Source: Asterionella formosa (taxonomy: Eukaryota). From it: DNA of 40,573 bases. Positions 11,387 to 23,395 of this stretch are shown piece after piece. Each line of letters opens with the position of its first letter. Within the stretch, counting starts at the first letter, position 1. The translations under genes were made by a program, and so were the position numbers. The notes under the pieces were generated by a model that saw nothing but the letters and a program-made list of their open reading frames with translations, was not told the DNA's origin and ran no database searches. The stretch spans positions 1 through 40,573 of the forward strand of contig NKIB01014788.1 of NCBI GenBank assembly GCA_002256025.1, given 5' to 3'.

Positions 11387-12640
11387 CTATCTGGACTCTT
11401 CCATACTAGTCTCATCTACAATACGCTTCAACCATTCTGACTCCATACAGTTGGCTAACGTCCATCTCTCACGTGGATTAATGTGTAGCACACCCTGCAA
11501 CAAGGTCATTGCATGTTTGGAAAGTTGTAAATGTGCCATGGCACGTTGAAGTAGAGGTTGTTGTTCTTCATCGTTATTACCTTGAAAGGTTTCAATGAGG
11601 ATCTCCACAGTGCGATGGTTCATAGGCTCATTGGACAACCCCTGTGCCAAGAGAAAGTAACGAAACAGTACATCAGATGGATGTGGTTGGAGGAACAATC
11701 TCATGGTGGTTAGCAAATTATACAAGATACACCCGCTGGCCCAAACATCAAGTTGGTATGCATCAAATGGAGTTCGCGATATAAGTACTTCTGGATTCCA
11801 GTAGGGTGGTTTTCCATAGGCTCCCTGAGGTTGAATGAGTTGCCGCCGACCATTTCCATTGGGAATGATCAGTGACATGGCCAAGTCACAAAAGACAAGT
11901 TTGCCTTTGAGTTGCAATATGTTGTCAGGAGATAAATCGTGATGGCAGATATTATGGGCCTGTAGATAATGCAAGTTTTCCAAAATGCTACAATAGATTT
12001 CCTTGACGTCGTATTCCACAACCGTGTCCGGACTACTATCCCAAGGAATCACATCCATCAACGATTTTCCTTCACAAAAGGGCATGACAGTATAAAGATA
12101 CTTATCATCTTGTAAAGCTTCAATACAAGATAGAACATGTTCGTCATCTCCAATCGATTGCATGCGACTAATGGCGTGGTATGGATTTTCGCGACCACCC
12201 CTTTCCAAATATAGCGCCAAGGGCGCCGTGTGTAGTTTCTTAATCGCAACCGTAACGTCTGATTCTTGGTAACAGTTGTTCTGGATATGATGGAGCTGCA
12301 TGGCAAAAATAACATGGCCAAACTTGACGGCAACAGTTTTCTTTTGTAACTTGGGTATTCGTCGATAGGCAAACTTTGGGGCTTCGCCCTCCTGCATCAA
12401 GTACACAAACTCGTCTCGCATTGACCCATCCGCCTTTTGGACCACCGTGACACGAGGTCTACGCTTGGCTCGTTTAATAATGGGAGGATCCCCGGCTTGC
12501 GGTCCCGGATCAGTGGCAGGGCCATGTTGCTCCACTTCCTGGAATGTGAATTTGGCATGCTCGCCAATCGTCGTTCGGCACTCGTTGTTTTCAGTGCCAA
12601 CAAGATCTGTTGCTGATGAACGTGCTCCTTCGCAATTCAT
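11387..12640 (-). CDS. Ser/Thr protein kinase-domain protein, 417 aa
   Basis: VAIKK, catalytic loop ICHHDLSPDN, DLA in the DFG position, YGKPPYWNPE, DVWASGCILY and INPRERWT. Confidence 0.9.
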   Translation of the reverse strand: MNCEGARSSATDLVGTENNECRTTIGEHAKFTFQEVEQHGPATDPGPQAGDPPIIKRAKRRPRVTVVQKADGSMRDEFVYLMQEGEAPKFAYRRIPKLQKKTVAVKFGHVIFAMQLHHIQNNCYQESDVTVAIKKLHTAPLALYLERGGRENPYHAISRMQSIGDDEHVLSCIEALQDDKYLYTVMPFCEGKSLMDVIPWDSSPDTVVEYDVKEIYCSILENLHYLQAHNICHHDLSPDNILQLKGKLVFCDLAMSLIIPNGNGRRQLIQPQGAYGKPPYWNPEVLISRTPFDAYQLDVWASGCILYNLLTTMRLFLQPHPSDVLFRYFLLAQGLSNEPMNHRTVEILIETFQGNNDEEQQPLLQRAMAHLQLSKHAMTLLQGVLHINPRERWTLANCMESEWLKRIVDETSMEESR

Positions 12641-14429
12641 ATATAACAGAAGATGTGTGTTCGATGGGAGGAAAAATTATGCTGCATTGAATGCGGGATG
12701 ATGTCCTGCTCTTGGTCGTTTTTCTTGGGGAACAAAAGAAAACGAGCAGACTAAATTTATTGTGAGTCTATGTTCAAAAAATATTGCTGATTTAATTCAT
12801 GACTACCAGGTATCACTGGTAGACTACCCCTGGTACCTGGTACCGGTACTGGTAAGACCATACCGGTAGTGCAACTCTTGATCATCGGCATAAACCAGAG
12901 CACAGCTAAATAATATAACCGGTATAATAATACCGTATAAAAGCAAACAAATAAGAAAACTGGATCACTCGCTCGCTCTATATGATGTGTGTATGTATAC
13001 CGGTATGCAAATCATTGGGAATACTACAGGTACAAGTATAGGTGAAGTACAGATTGTATGATCCGAATACCGGTAGGTACCAGGTAGTCTAGGTACCAGG
13101 TATTGTCCCAGTGCCGGTGGCTGGTCGAAACTCGAACCATCCATATGATATGTCTGTACACGTTCAGTACCAGGTACTGTCTGCCGCTACCGCATACATG
13201 TGTTTCAAACGTGCATTTAATCCTGAGCCTGCGTATATTCCTGTTGCTCCGAGTACCCGGTATACAGCACCAGGACATTTCAGACGTGCATCATTCGATG
13301 CTGATCCCCGAGTAAATCGTAGTACGACCATACATATTCATCCCTCGTAATGCAGGGTCTTGTACCCACCCTGGTACCAGGAACCAGGTACTCTGGTACA
13401 TGGAAGTTGTTGCAGTAATTAAGCTGGAAATAAAAGTCTAGCTTTCTTTATCCCATATTAAATTGTTTATTTAAGGTTGAGGCCCCTGATAAACCCTAGT
13501 TTGGAGAAAACATCGCTAGGGTTGTTAAGATGGCAGGGTACAGCCCGCCTGCAGGGCTTCGAAACCACAACTAACCGATGGAGTCGGCTGACTTTCGAGC
13601 CAGTGGTTTTTTCTTAAGTAAATTCAAATTATAACTGTAACTAAGAAAAGGTAATAACTGCTAAACCAAGCCAACTCACAGTGAGCAAAGAATTTAGATA
13701 TTGAGCAAAAAGGTTCAGGATAGAGCAAAAGGAAAAAGTCATGGGCGAAAAATAAAACCTCGTAATATTTGGGCTGAAACAATTTCGTCTTCATATGTCG
13801 GAATCAGAGCAACAATTAAGTAAATTCTTTGCAATACCGATCATTGAGCAATTTTAGTTATACCAAACTATGGTTAAAATCACATTGACCATGTCGGTAT
13901 ATTCTGTTGGATAGTAACTCATCAATTTTACAACCTCCTGCGCCGCTTGATTTATCAACATAACCGCCATGATCAGCGCTTTCAGTAAATGCATCAAGCG
14001 AAGCGGGAGCACACGATTTCGTTTAAATACGACCTATTTAGTGTTGAGCATGGCAAATCCATGCCTACATGACCAACCAAATCACGTGCAAAACCTCTTG
14101 AGCTTGACAGTAGGATACCTGGAGTTGAAAATGTACAGGAATTCCTCAAATAGGGTGCTATAGCAGTAACAATATAGCTACTTCAGCGATTCCACAACCA
14201 TCGCTGTGCAATGGACTCGATTTCAAGGTCATCATGAATGAATTCAGCCATGACAAGCAACAACGATATTGGATGGTAAAATTATTTAAATGCATACATA
14301 ACATTTATTCATGTGTGTGTTATTTATGCAAAAAATTTTACTGATGCTAAAATTATGTTGTACTGGTAGCTACGGTGGCTACCTAATGTAGTTTCAGGAA
14401 ACAGCCAGCCATATAATATTTATTTTAGT

Positions 14430-14800
14430 GAATAGAGCTGATCGCTTATTCCCATAGCGGCTCTTGGGCAGCCGCTCATGTGTCCAAGAATGGCAAAGGC
14501 TCTGGAGATATACCATATAACCTGCTGCTGGATTGATTACAGAGAGCATGATGAGGGATTCCTCTGCAGCATGCTGAATCAATTCAACAAATCCATTTCT
14601 AACATGATTTTTTCTCCTTTTACCCATGCCTCTCGGCTCAATCTCAAGAAGAAGCAGGCACCTTGCTTGTTCTGGGCATATGGTGTAAGCCATCCTGGTT
14701 TGTGTTCAATACACCAGCGAAAAAAGGCCAAAGTGTTTGAAATGTTGTATGCCCGGTGGCGTGTCCCCCCTGAGACTACATTGTCCATCATCATCTGCTC
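14430..14800 (-). pseudogene. Frameshifted protein fragment, possibly the N-terminal part of a tyrosine-recombinase (Crypton-like) element
   Basis: Two frames give MDNVVSGGTRHRAY..AFFRWC..WLTPY and GYMVYLQSL..KSRYGNKRSALF. This recalls integrase core-binding helices. No catalytic residues are visible and the assignment is from memory only. Confidence 0.3.
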
Positions 14801-16270
14801 ATTGATTTCCTGTAAAGCAATGATGCCATGAGGATGAAGAGGAGTGACATCTGGCATCATGACGGTGAGTACAAAGGGAAGAGGATGCAACCAAGAATGT
14901 GAAATGAGCAATAAATGTGATGATGAATGTGCACATAAAAGCGATAGTAGTGGTTACAATAATTTTTATGTACCATAGTACTTGTACTCACAGAAATGGT
15001 ATACGTTATACGTGGTTAGAGTGATGCTGGGCGGTGCAAATCTAAATAATACTAGTTGCACCAGCCATATAGTATGGTGTATCACACTTGTATTGACAAA
15101 AAACGCACATGTTCGCTCAATCAGGATTCCATTTAAAAGATTAGCCTTTGGTAGTAGAGAGCTACTACAAGCTAGTAGTGCTAGATATCTACAGGACAAT
15201 GATCGGGTAGAACGTCGTGAAGGTGATCTTCACTATAACCTCAACCGAAAATCACTAGCTTCACCGTGTTGTCTTGATGAACAACAGTTTGATCCTTTTC
15301 TCAAATACTGGACGATTGGTGTCCTGTGGAGGTACACAGAATCCTGGTACTTTGTCCGGAAGAAGTGATATGATGAGACCCGTCGACATGGATGGCTAGC
15401 TCTTCATAAATCCGGGCGTGCACAAAACTTTGTGTTCCTACATACCGGTATGATACTAAATAGACCAAATCTTTGTTTAGCTAGAACGAAGGAATTACCG
15501 TACTTTTTGTCGAGAAATGGATGCTTTTATAATTTATGAAGTTTGCTTCTTCTTTGGCAAAGTCTATACTATATTAATAGCTCATATGGCAAAGGCCAAT
15601 ACAGCCAGGTAAGTGAGCTGGCCAGAGATAAGCAATTGGCTGAAGTGATCCATTTAGCAGTATAGGTACCAATAAAAACTACCATGACCTAGTATTGAGA
15701 ATATTTTTGAACTGCCGTGACCCAGCCATTGAACGCAGAATAACACATCTTGCTATCAATACCTGAGTAAATGTAAATTCTGAGAGTTCTGGTTCCTTCT
15801 CGAGCATATAGGCTAGTCAGCCATGTATTTAGTTTGAGATTTGGAGTCAGTTGTTCGTCTCTATAGATTGCCGGAAATATTGAATCGACCCAAAAACATG
15901 GATTAGGGTAAGTTTGGAGTTCTCATCGTCATATAATATACAACGAATATACAAACATTTCGACATTGATTTAAATAGTGTCTGAACGTCAACCACGTTT
16001 ACAACAATATAGATTTTGTTTTCGTATTGGATTGTACAGAGATGGCAAATGGTACCTTGGCTGACAAAAAAGAAAGTCGACTAGTACTGGTTACGAAAGG
16101 CAGGTGCTAGTGCTGTCCCCATCATGGGTAAAGTATAAGGAGATTCTCAGGCAGATATGCGCTCATTTTCCTATTCAAGTAGTTGTAGAACATCTAATTT
16201 GACAAGAGAATAGGATGATGACATGACAGTAGACAATAATATCAATGATATTAATAGGTGATCTACAACT

Positions 16271-16480
16271 ATGACTGCTACTGCAGTTAGTGTTCCTTCA
16301 GTCATTGTCCCCATGACCACCATACTTACTGGATGCAGGCCAAGAAAGGGAACCACTCAAATGGCATCAGCATCGAGGCAAAGAAAAATAGAAGAATGCA
16401 TTGTTCAGTCGGCCACAGAATACATGAGGGTTAGAGAAGAACTGCAGCAAAAGAACAAGAAAGCAACAAGCATAGGTTGA
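16271..16480 (+). pseudogene. Degenerate TE-like coding fragment with an AT-hook-like G(C)RPRKGTT motif followed by a charged helix
   Basis: Short isolated ORF next to other TE debris. The family is not identifiable. Confidence 0.25.
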
Positions 16481-16569
16481 GGAAATCTTGAACCAGAGAA
16501 ATTAGCATATGCGACAGATGTTGCTACACCATTGTCTTCACTCTCCCCTCTATTCCAAGATCAGTGGAG

Positions 16570-16890
16570 TCAATCGCAGCACTTGTTGCATGCATTGCCT
16601 GCTCGTTGCTCAATTCTTCGAAAAATTTGTTTGGCGTATCTCACCACCTCAGCAGGGCATGTTGGATCCCCAGTTGGTTTCTTAACTTTGTGCAGCTGTG
16701 TAAACTTTTGGCAAAGTGAACAAGGTCCTGTCTGCTGTTTGCTCTTTGTCTCGGAAATTCTTGTTGTGCTGTGAAGCAACCACAACTTCCCATTCATGGG
16801 ACCCAATTGGCAGGTGAGTACTAGAAATGGAGTCCAGCAATGAGAGGATCTCATTGATCCTGAACTGTTGACCCTGACTCTGCATGCTTC
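16570..16890 (-). pseudogene. Frameshifted DUF6818-like (Myb/SANT-like) domain fragment
   Basis: Frame 1 gives EILSLLDSI..HLPIGSHEWEVV..HN.NF. Frame 2 gives QKFTQLHKVKKPTGDPTCPAEVVRYAKQI. The LPIG..EW and KKPTGDPxCP motifs are characteristic. Confidence 0.65.
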
Positions 16891-17139
16891 ATCAAGCCCT
16901 TGGAAACATTGGTGATTGCCAGGGGTGCCTATTCGTACTACCAGGTTCACCAAATTTGGTCAACACAAACACAAAATTTGGGGTTATGTATGTTTGAATA
17001 CTCATGATATATATAAATAATAAAATTATATATTATCTGAGCATGCCCAATATGCCAGTATGTATGTCCCGATAACAATACCAGGTAGTCAGTGTCATCA
17101 TTCCGGTATCACGATACCAGGTAGTCGTTTCAAATCAGC

Positions 17140-18018
17140 ATGCCAACAGCTCCACAAATTGATTGTCCCATTTCGTTGGGAGGATTCTTTCCTGCAGAAA
17201 GCGATGACGATGACGACGATGACGAAGAAGAAGAACTGAATCAATGCTTTGAAGTACAAAATGTGGAGCTGGAAGGCGCCACTTTGAAGATTCGACAATT
17301 TGCTTGGCACTCGCACAATGCTAATCGAGTTTGGCCTGGTACTTTCAATTTGGCTTCGTATTTATTAGTCAAGGGAGACGACGGCTGCAAGTATAAGAAT
17401 GATTGGGGGAGGGTTTTGGAATTGGGGAGCGCTACTGGAATATTAGCAATTCGATTGGCCATGGTCTCCAAGAAGCATCATGCTACTAAAACTGCTACTG
17501 CTGCTTCCACCGGTACTCCACTCGAAGCGATCGAGACGGTTTGCGAATCGATTGTTACCAGTGATGTAGCGGATGGGGAAGTAGGAGAACACGTGTTGTA
17601 CAACTTCAGACTCAATGACTTTGCCGAAACCAGCATACCGGTACATGTCCCACATACGTGGGGGACAGGATGGAAACACTGTGCGGATGAGTTACTTGGT
17701 GGGACAGATTGTCAACCATTCGATACCATTGTTGCTAGCGACATACTACTCTATGTCTCGGCATATCCAGCCTTGGTGAAGTCCATCACTGAGATCATGT
17801 CTCGCACCACCATTTTGGTCATGTCGTGGAATCGAAGAATGAAGGAATCGGGAGAATTCTTCGAGCGCATGGACGAGGCTGGGTTTGATTGTCGTCATGA
17901 GGGGAAGTGCATATATACATGTTCATGGAAGAAGAAATGTAAGCTGCCAGTCGGGGAGGAACAACACGTGGGTCATGGTGAACTTCAGGTGATGCCGGAG
18001 GACAGGAATCACTCTTAA
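17140..18018 (+). CDS. SAM-dependent lysine methyltransferase (Methyltransf_16; METTL21/23-like), 292 aa
   Basis: NRVWPG, motif I VLELGSATG, TSD, (HT)WG and DTIVASDILLY (DxxY-like). Confidence 0.9.
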   Translation: MPTAPQIDCPISLGGFFPAESDDDDDDDEEEELNQCFEVQNVELEGATLKIRQFAWHSHNANRVWPGTFNLASYLLVKGDDGCKYKNDWGRVLELGSATGILAIRLAMVSKKHHATKTATAASTGTPLEAIETVCESIVTSDVADGEVGEHVLYNFRLNDFAETSIPVHVPHTWGTGWKHCADELLGGTDCQPFDTIVASDILLYVSAYPALVKSITEIMSRTTILVMSWNRRMKESGEFFERMDEAGFDCRHEGKCIYTCSWKKKCKLPVGEEQHVGHGELQVMPEDRNHS

Positions 18019-18256
18019 GCGACCTGTTATCCAGACATTAGAAGCAAATTGAGATGAATTTCAAGTAAGAAACAAAGTATGGGTTGAAACACTCGTTGCC
18101 ACATGTAGCATGATATACTAAATTAAACTATCTGAATGATGGAGGCACAGGAAGGTATCACTTGACCAAGGAACTTTCGTTGGAAGAAAGCGGGCCTGTG
18201 ATAAAAAAAGACATAAACTTTGGACAAATTTTGGAGATTTCATCACTCATCGATTA

Positions 18257-18931
18257 TCACTCGGCGTTGCTTGTATAGTTCAAGGACTCGATTAGTGTTG
18301 TTTCTACGACTTGAGCTCTTCTGGTCTCGGATGCGATCCTGGAAATTAAGTCAGTCATCTTGCAATGCAATCCCATGTGAAGCAGACCCTGTTCCTCTTG
18401 CATGGCTACGCGGAGCTTTTGCCATTGATCCTTGTCATTCAGAAGTATTTGCGCCATTTTGTGGTGTACATTGGACGATTCGATGACACTCGGAGTTTGG
18501 TGATTGGCAGCCTCGAGGGACTCATTAGATTCGTTACAATCAATGGTAATTGAGGCACTGTTGGCCAAGTTCATGGCGCGTCTCTCTTCCCCTTTCATGA
18601 GATTATCAATTGACTTTTGAAAGGGCATGTCATCGCGATCTAGAAAGTTGCATTCAAGGTTACGAAAAGAGATAGATTTGGGAATGGAAAAGTGTTTCAT
18701 TGCTGTTGAGATGGTGATTCAAATTAGTTCCTTTTGTTTCGAGTCTTTATCATTGTCACGGCGGTTGAATGATCCACCATGTTCGAACTTACTCGGTGGT
18801 TTATGGGTTTCAACTTGAGTTCTGGAGGTTGGAGGTCTGTAAACTTCATCCTCCAGGCAACTTAGTAGTGAGGACCTTCTCCAGGATCGTTCCTGGGATA
18901 TAGCCTTGCTATTTTCTTGTTGATTGTTCAT
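18257..18931 (-). CDS. Unknown protein, 2 exons (18931-18793, 18702-18257), ~194 aa; paralogous domain with 25669-26595
   Basis: A 90-bp intron (GTAAGT...CTAAT...CAACAG, 18792-18703) removes the single in-frame TGA between two same-frame ORFs. Confidence 0.7.
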
Positions 18932-20055
18932 GAAGCAAATAACTTTCGGTTTGAGGGGAACCCAAAATAATAATGTTGCCTGGAACTATATTTCTGGACT
19001 GCCGGTAACTTGTGGACTATAATTATACCGGTACCAGTAGTATGATTCGCTGCTAGGAGATAATTTGGCCCCGCCATCACAGTTTAGCATTGCATTGATG
19101 ACTTCGCAGTTTCAATCACCCATGACATTAAACAATCTTTTACGAAGTACTATCATGTATCGTGTACACTAGATATTTTGACAGTGCCTACTTACAAAGG
19201 ATGATGTAGACGAGACACAACAATGATGTAGAACACTCAACGACAAAATGAGCATGTCACCTCCATGATCATGACCAGTTTTTAGTAGATGAAAATCTCA
19301 AATGGTCTCTTTTTGTTTTGCTGGCTTTTCTTTATGCAATAAGAGGCATACCGATTCCTTCCCTTCGGAGAAATTGCAATATGTATGTAAATATTAAAAC
19401 CCTAGTACCAGTACTCAGTTCAATCTCAGTTCCATCCTACATCTACGATTGAACTGAGTACATGCATAAATTAGAAAATTCAGGCAAGGACACATAAACA
19501 TGATAACACCGACTTCAACCATGATGTGTTAAGGACAAAGGCATTAGTCTACTGGTACCAGTTACCAGGTACTATTGAGTTACCGTAGTACCTGGTAGCT
19601 ACTACATAGCATCAAATGGAACACAAACTATTTTCACAGCAACATCCTCATCTGCCCTCATGGCATTCATGAGAATATTCTTTGCTGCGACGTATTCACT
19701 GGTACTCCAGGGACCAGGTACCAGTTCTTCACCGATGCGTTCCCGATGCAATGACTTGAATTTCTTGAATGAGGAACATTTAAGGAATTGGGTCATTTAA
19801 ACCAGCTTGAACATCATTCCTTCCATTGTTAGTATGTCGTCGTATTTTAACTTTAAATCACACATTCATATACCGGTATATAACTGATGTGAAAATTGAC
19901 TTTAGCGTGCATAATGCAAAAATATAGGCATGGAGTCCTGATGGAGTCATTACTCCGAGTCATACTGCACTTGGTCGCGATGCGATGCGGTACGATACCC
20001 AGGTAGACCCGGTATGTACCCTGGACAAACATTTCCTTCGGATATTAACGAGCGG

Positions 20056-20565
20056 TACTTTGTTGCGACAGCAGGAGCTCGGCAAAATAATCAGAACGAG
20101 ACGGTACGTATACGCACAAGAAACTCCCACAGGTAGAACCGGTATGTACGCTGAACAAGCATTTCCTCCGGACATCCAAAAGAGCGGCTGTGACCCACTG
20201 AGTTCTCCTATTCGTTTGATTAGTTCGACTAAACCTATTCCATGTCTTGCGAGAATCAAACTTGCATGTCTTGTTAACCAAAGGAGTCAGCAGGTTGTGG
20301 ATCTGTCGATATTCTCATTGAAGGTCGAGGTACTGAGATACGAACCCTTTTGTGTGGACAAAATTTGCCGGTAATGGGTCACAGCCGTACTTAAATTTTT
20401 ATGTATAGTTGTATATAATTTTATATACCATTACGATCACGGATTACCCCGTTTGGTTTTCGCAAAATTCAGTGGGTCACAGCGGTTCCAATTTTTTTTA
20501 GTGGGTCACAGCAGTTTTTTACTGGTACTAGGTACCTGATACTTTGTTGCGAGAGCAGGAGCTCG
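20056..20565. repeat. Cluster of short direct and inverted repeats, probably a non-autonomous transposon remnant
   Basis: TACTTTGTTGCGASAGCAGGAGCTCG at 20056 and 20540. GGGTCACAGC at 20376, 20474 and 20503, and inverted at 20187. Confidence 0.6.
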
Positions 20566-20789
20566 ATCGTGGAGAGTTCACGAACGACGAAATAAACAGA
20601 ACCCCAGTAACGGTATACGGCATTACTACTATTTTTCGCCGTAGTGAAAGCTTGTGCACTATTAGTGTACTATCATGGCGTACAAAGCACGCACTGGACG
20701 CTTGACCTCCACATCAACTGCACCTGCCTTCCCCTTCCCACATCCCCTCCTCATGCTGATTGATGGAAAGCCTACAATCCTCACCATGG

Positions 20790-21165
20790 CTATGCTATAC
20801 TCACTCAATACAAAATAATTTGAGTGACAAAATATGATATGCCAGCCAGACAGATTAAAAAATTTGAATGTATATATGAGCGTTTGATCATTTGAAACAA
20901 AAAGTGACAGTTTTATATGATCTATATGCATTGCAGAAACATGGCCAATTTTTTTGAAAATGTTAAAAGTAGTATACATCACTGAGGAATGATCATATAA
21001 ATCAAAAAGTGACAGTTGTATTTGATCAATAGCTATGCATTACTATGATACTGTATGTACATTTTACCAGCACTATAGACCAATCATAATACAGGGTCAA
21101 CCTTGTATTGCAGAATATCTTCACCTTGTATTGGACCTTATAACATTTTATTGGGTTGTGACATT
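20790..21165. repeat. Second, truncated copy of the 8485-9340 repeat family
   Basis: Shared blocks CACTCAATACA, AAAAAGYGACAGT, TTTACCAGCACTATAGAC and AATATCxTCACCTTGTATT. Confidence 0.7.
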
Positions 21166-21169
21166 GTAC

Positions 21170-21790
21170 CACCAAAACTCAATCTATCAAAACCAGGTAA
21201 GGAGCACTGGAAAGCACTTGAAAGACTGGTTGGAGACATTAAAGCAAGATACTACAATGGATTGATGTATTGGAGCCCACAAGAGCTCAGGCCTATATCA
21301 TTTTTGGACTCAGACTATGCAAAGAATATTGATGAAAGGAAGAGCATTTCTTCTGGTGGTCTACATTCAGTCGGTGGCAGTACATTGGTGAACTAGGAGT
21401 CGAAGACACCACAACATGTGGTTGCGTTGTCAAGCACAGAAGCTGAGTATAGTAGTTTGGCAAAGGAGCATGTGAGAACAAGTTCATATCTATGCTACTT
21501 GAAGTGAAGAGGTGCGTGATGCAACATCCAAACAAGGAGAAATTGGTTGGGCGTGTATACGAAGACAATTTAGGAGCTATCTATTTGGTAAAGAACCAAA
21601 ATGTGGCTGGGTGCACGGACAAAGCATATTGATCATTTCAGGGCACATTTCATCCGAGAACTTGAAGATCAAGCATAATTGATGGTACAGTTTGTACGAT
21701 CAGAAGAGAAATCAGCTGAAATACTAAGCAAGATCAGTCCAGAGAAGTTGACAAAAAGCACGGGGCAAGAAGAAGGATAGCTAAGGAATA
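21170..21790 (+). mobile_element. Ty1/copia LTR-retrotransposon remnant (end of RT plus RNase H), pseudogenised
   Basis: HWKALERL, DSDYAK..DERKSISSG, VALSSTEAEY, YEDNLGAIYL and RTKHID, interrupted by stops and frameshifts. Confidence 0.9.
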
Positions 21791-22657
21791 AGAATCTTGA
21801 ATTTTGGAGGGAGGATGTTGAGGATAAACGACTAATGTTAGCAGACAGTTGTTTAACTAGTACTGCAATGACTGCACAGTCTGCACGACCGAAAGTCATG
21901 AGGAATTCTATGGAACAATAAGTTCAGTTCAGGAAAATATCTTTATGCAGGATTCGTAAATGGAATAACAATTCCTACTGATGGAGTCCAACATGCAAGA
22001 TGAACTTGCAAGACTGAAACGATTGGAATTTTGAATCATACGAAATTGGACAATGAGAAAGAGTGGATTGAGGTGAAGAAAAAGTCCAAGATTGTAAGGT
22101 TCATGAAGCAAGATCAAATTGGTAAGACCAAGTCATTTGGCAAGATTGATAGGAAAAATAATTTGAAATAATCACAAACATTGAAAAAGGCAAATCTAAA
22201 AATAGATTAAAGTGTTGTCAAACTACTACATCTAATCCGCGAAATACGCCACTTTTCGAAATTTCATCAATGTAGGAGTGTTAATTATGTGGTACATCAC
22301 ATGAATTAATGCCACCATTCCCAAACAAAATGTTACTTTTAATGGTTTCATGTGAAGTTTCGACAGCAAACATTGAACTCAAGACTGAATTAGTCGATAT
22401 TTCAAATGATTCGTTTCAAATAATTCATTTCAACATCCGTCTAAGATCCTGCTCTTTGGGATAATTCATTTACGACATCCACCTTAATTTACGAAAATAG
22501 TAACGATATTTGTTTTGAAAAATTTGATGCATTAACAATCAGCCACTTACCATTGAGCCAATCAATGAAATAAAATGATCTTTCTAATCATCAAGATTAC
22601 TCTTCCTAGCTTTCATGTCATGTTTCAAAATCATACAGTGATTTCAAGGCGGAAATA

Positions 22658-23395
22658 ATGTTACAAGTTTCTCCTGTCGTTGTATATAGCATATGCCAAG
22701 AGTGTATGAATCTTTCCAGAAAATGACGAAGATACAAAGGAAGGACATTTTGCCATCCTGATGCACCAAATCGACTCAGCCGCCTACATCGCCGCTGGGC
22801 TTATTGAAATGCACATTGTCAACAATGTAAAACTCTCTTAACTTTTGATTTTAGCATACCGGTAAATCATTCATTCGTCATCCCTCATCAACAAACCAAC
22901 ATGTTACAAGTGTCTCCTGTCGTCGTATATAACATATGCCAAGAGTGTATGAATCTCCCAGGAAATGACGAAGATACAAAGAAAGAAGGAAATTTCGCCA
23001 TCCTGGTGCACCAAATCGATGCAACCACCTACAACACCGCTAGGCTTGAAGAAATGCGCATTTTCAAGAATGTAAAACTCTAAAATTTAATTGGTGCATA
23101 AATCATTCATTTTTCATCCCTCATCAATAAACCAACATGATACAGGTGTCTCCTGTCGTCGTTTATAACATATGCCAAGAATGTATAAATCGCCCAGCCA
23201 GGAGGCAATGACGAAGATACTACAAAGAAAGGAAATTTCACCATTCTGATGCGCGCAGCCACCAAATCGACACAGCCGAATACATCGCCACTAATAGGCT
23301 TATAGAAACACGCATTATCAATGTAACACTCTAAAATGTAAAACTCTAAAATTTGAAATATTTGCACAAATCATTCATTTGTCATCCCTCATCAA
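22658..23395. repeat. Three diverged tandem copies of a ~240-bp unit (starts 22658, 22901, 23137)
   Basis: Each copy has TCTCCTGTCGT..CATATGCCAAGA..ATGACGAAGATAC..CACCAAATCGA..ATGTAAAACTCT..AATCATTCATT..TCATCCCTCATCAA. Confidence 0.92.

Noticed and set aside
13486..13566. Hammerhead ribozyme (CTGATAA...GAAAC)
   Set aside because: The core is CTGATAA rather than CTGANGA, and GAAA does not follow stem II.
17636..17643. TACCGGTA in the methyltransferase CDS as an in-frame footprint
   Set aside because: It reads naturally as Ile-Pro-Val and no homologue is available to show an indel.
18719..18721. In-frame TGA as readthrough or selenocysteine
   Set aside because: It falls inside a canonical 90-bp intron.
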